Origin: Chiloscyllium plagiosum
Lineage: Eukaryota
Direction: 5' to 3'
Length of the DNA stretch: 64,000 nucleotides
Assembly: GCF_004010195.1 (NCBI RefSeq)
Contig: NC_057718.1
Location: 97,925,883 to 97,989,882 of the forward strand
In this document: positions 62,490 through 64,000 of the stretch, in pieces
How positions within the stretch are numbered: position 1 is the stretch's first letter
Layout: each line of letters opens with the position of its first letter
Translations under genes and position numbers: made by a program
Notes under the pieces: model-generated
The model's input: only the letters and a program-made list of their open reading frames with translations
What the model was told of the DNA's origin: nothing
The model's database searches: none

Positions 62490-63625
62490 AAATGAGGTGG
62501 GAGTGACAGCCCTTGACATCAAGGCCACATTTGACTGAGTGCAGCATCCAGCAGCCCTAGCGAAACTGGAGTCAGCGGGTATCAGGGGGCAAACTCTCCG
62601 CTGGTTGGAGTCATACTTGGCACATAAGAAGATGGTTGTGGTTATTGGAGGTCAGTTATCTCAACTCCAGGACATCTCCGCAGGAGTTCCTCAGGGTGGT
62701 GTCCTAGGCCCAACCATCTTCAGCTGCTTCTTCAATAACCTCCCCTTCATGCAAAGGTCAGGAGTGAGGATGTTTGCCAATGCATTACACAATGTCCTGC
62801 TGCATTCACTCATATATTGAAGCAGCCCAAGTTCAAATGCAACAGGATCTAGACAATGTCCAGGCTTGGGCTAACAAGTGGCAAGTAATATTTGTGCCAC
62901 ACAAATTCCAGACAATGACCGTCTCCAATAATAGGCAATCTAATCACCGCCCCTTGACATTCAGTTGTGTTACCATCACTGAACTGCCACTATTGACCAT
63001 AAACATGGACTGGCCACATAAACACAGTGGCTACAAGAGCAGGTCAGAAGCTAGGAATTCACCTCCTGAGCAATTCGCCTCCTGACTCCCCAAAACATAT
63101 CTCACCATCGACAAGGCACAAGTCAGAGGTGTGATGGAATACTCTCTACTTGCGCAGATAGATGCAGCTCTAACAAAGCTAAAGAAGCTTGATAACATTG
63201 AGGACAAAGCAGCCCTCTTGATTTGCACTGCATCCACAAATATCCACTCCCTCCACTACTGATGCTCAGCAGCAGCAGTATGTACTATCTACAAGATGCA
63301 CTACAGAAATTCACCAAACGTCCTCAGAGACACCTTCCATCCCATGACCACTTCCATCTAGTAGGACAAGGGCGGAAGATACATGGGAACACATTTGCAA
63401 GTTCCCCTCAAAACCACTTGCCATCTTGACTTGGAAATATATGGCCATTCCTTTCGTGATGCTGGGTCAGAATCCTGGAATTCAGTCCCTAAGGGCATTG
63501 GGGGTCTACCTACAGCACATGGACTGCAGCAGTTCAAGAAGGCAGAGCACCTCTCACTTTCTCGCCAGGAACAGGCAATAAATGCTGGCCTAGCCCACAT
63601 TCCACGGCTGAATCCAAAAAAGGAA
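62490..63625 (+). mobile_element. CR1/L2-group LINE, 5'-truncated RT remnant
   Basis: ALDIKATFD, LRWLESYL, AGVPQGGVLGPTIFSCF, MQQDLDNVQAWANKWQV; tail GGCAATAAATGCTGGCC...CCCACAT. Confidence 0.88.
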
Positions 63626-63637
63626 CAATTGTCTCTT

Positions 63638-64000
63638 AGATTGTGAGGGGCATGGACAGGGTGGACAGGAAGCTGCTGTTCCCCTCACTTGAAGGGTCAT
63701 TAACAAAGGAGTATACTTTTAAGGTGAAATGCAGGTGGTTTAAAGGGGATTTCAGAAAAAAATCTATTTTGCCCAGAGCTGGGTGGGGATCTGGAATGCA
63801 CTGTGTTGGAAGATAGCACAGGCAAGAAACCTGACAACCTTCAAAACCTACATGGATGAGACTTGAAATGCCATAACATTCGGGGCTATGAGACATGTGC
63901 TGGAAGGTGGGACTGGTGTAGATTTAGAATAGTGTTTTGGTAGGGGTGTGTGTCTCTGTCATAGAGTCATGGAGATATACAGCATGGAAACAGAGCCTTC
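63638..64000. mobile_element. CR1 3' fragments (+ 63638-63935; - from ~63960)
   Basis: IVRGMDRVDRKLLFP peptide; reversed HER1 tail at window end. Confidence 0.75.

Overview
This is vertebrate nuclear DNA, almost certainly from a shark (probably a carpet or bamboo shark, inferred from the repeat families). No convincing protein-coding gene is present; the window looks like a gene desert or a very large intron. Roughly half or more of it is decayed transposable elements: HE1-type V-SINEs, HER1/CR1 LINE fragments, a second CR1/L2-group LINE with SINEs sharing its tail, Deu-domain SINEs, Rex1-like and Tx1-like LINE 3' ends, solo-LTR-like pieces, and Penelope-like elements (PLEs). Nearly all long ORFs in the supplied track come from these repeats or from tandem arrays. 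The most notable signal is a dense set of short, often fold-back, TSD-flanked PLE-derived elements from at least four families that carry minimal type I hammerhead ribozyme motifs with covarying stems. Other observations: a CpG-rich 42-bp minisatellite with 17 MRE-core matches, a 477-bp tandem duplication with one-sided CpG differences, a CR1 cluster that has captured two copies of nearby DNA, and candidate spliced exons with little or no coding potential. TE boundaries are read by eye and are approximate unless fixed by a TSD; family names come from recognition, not database searches.
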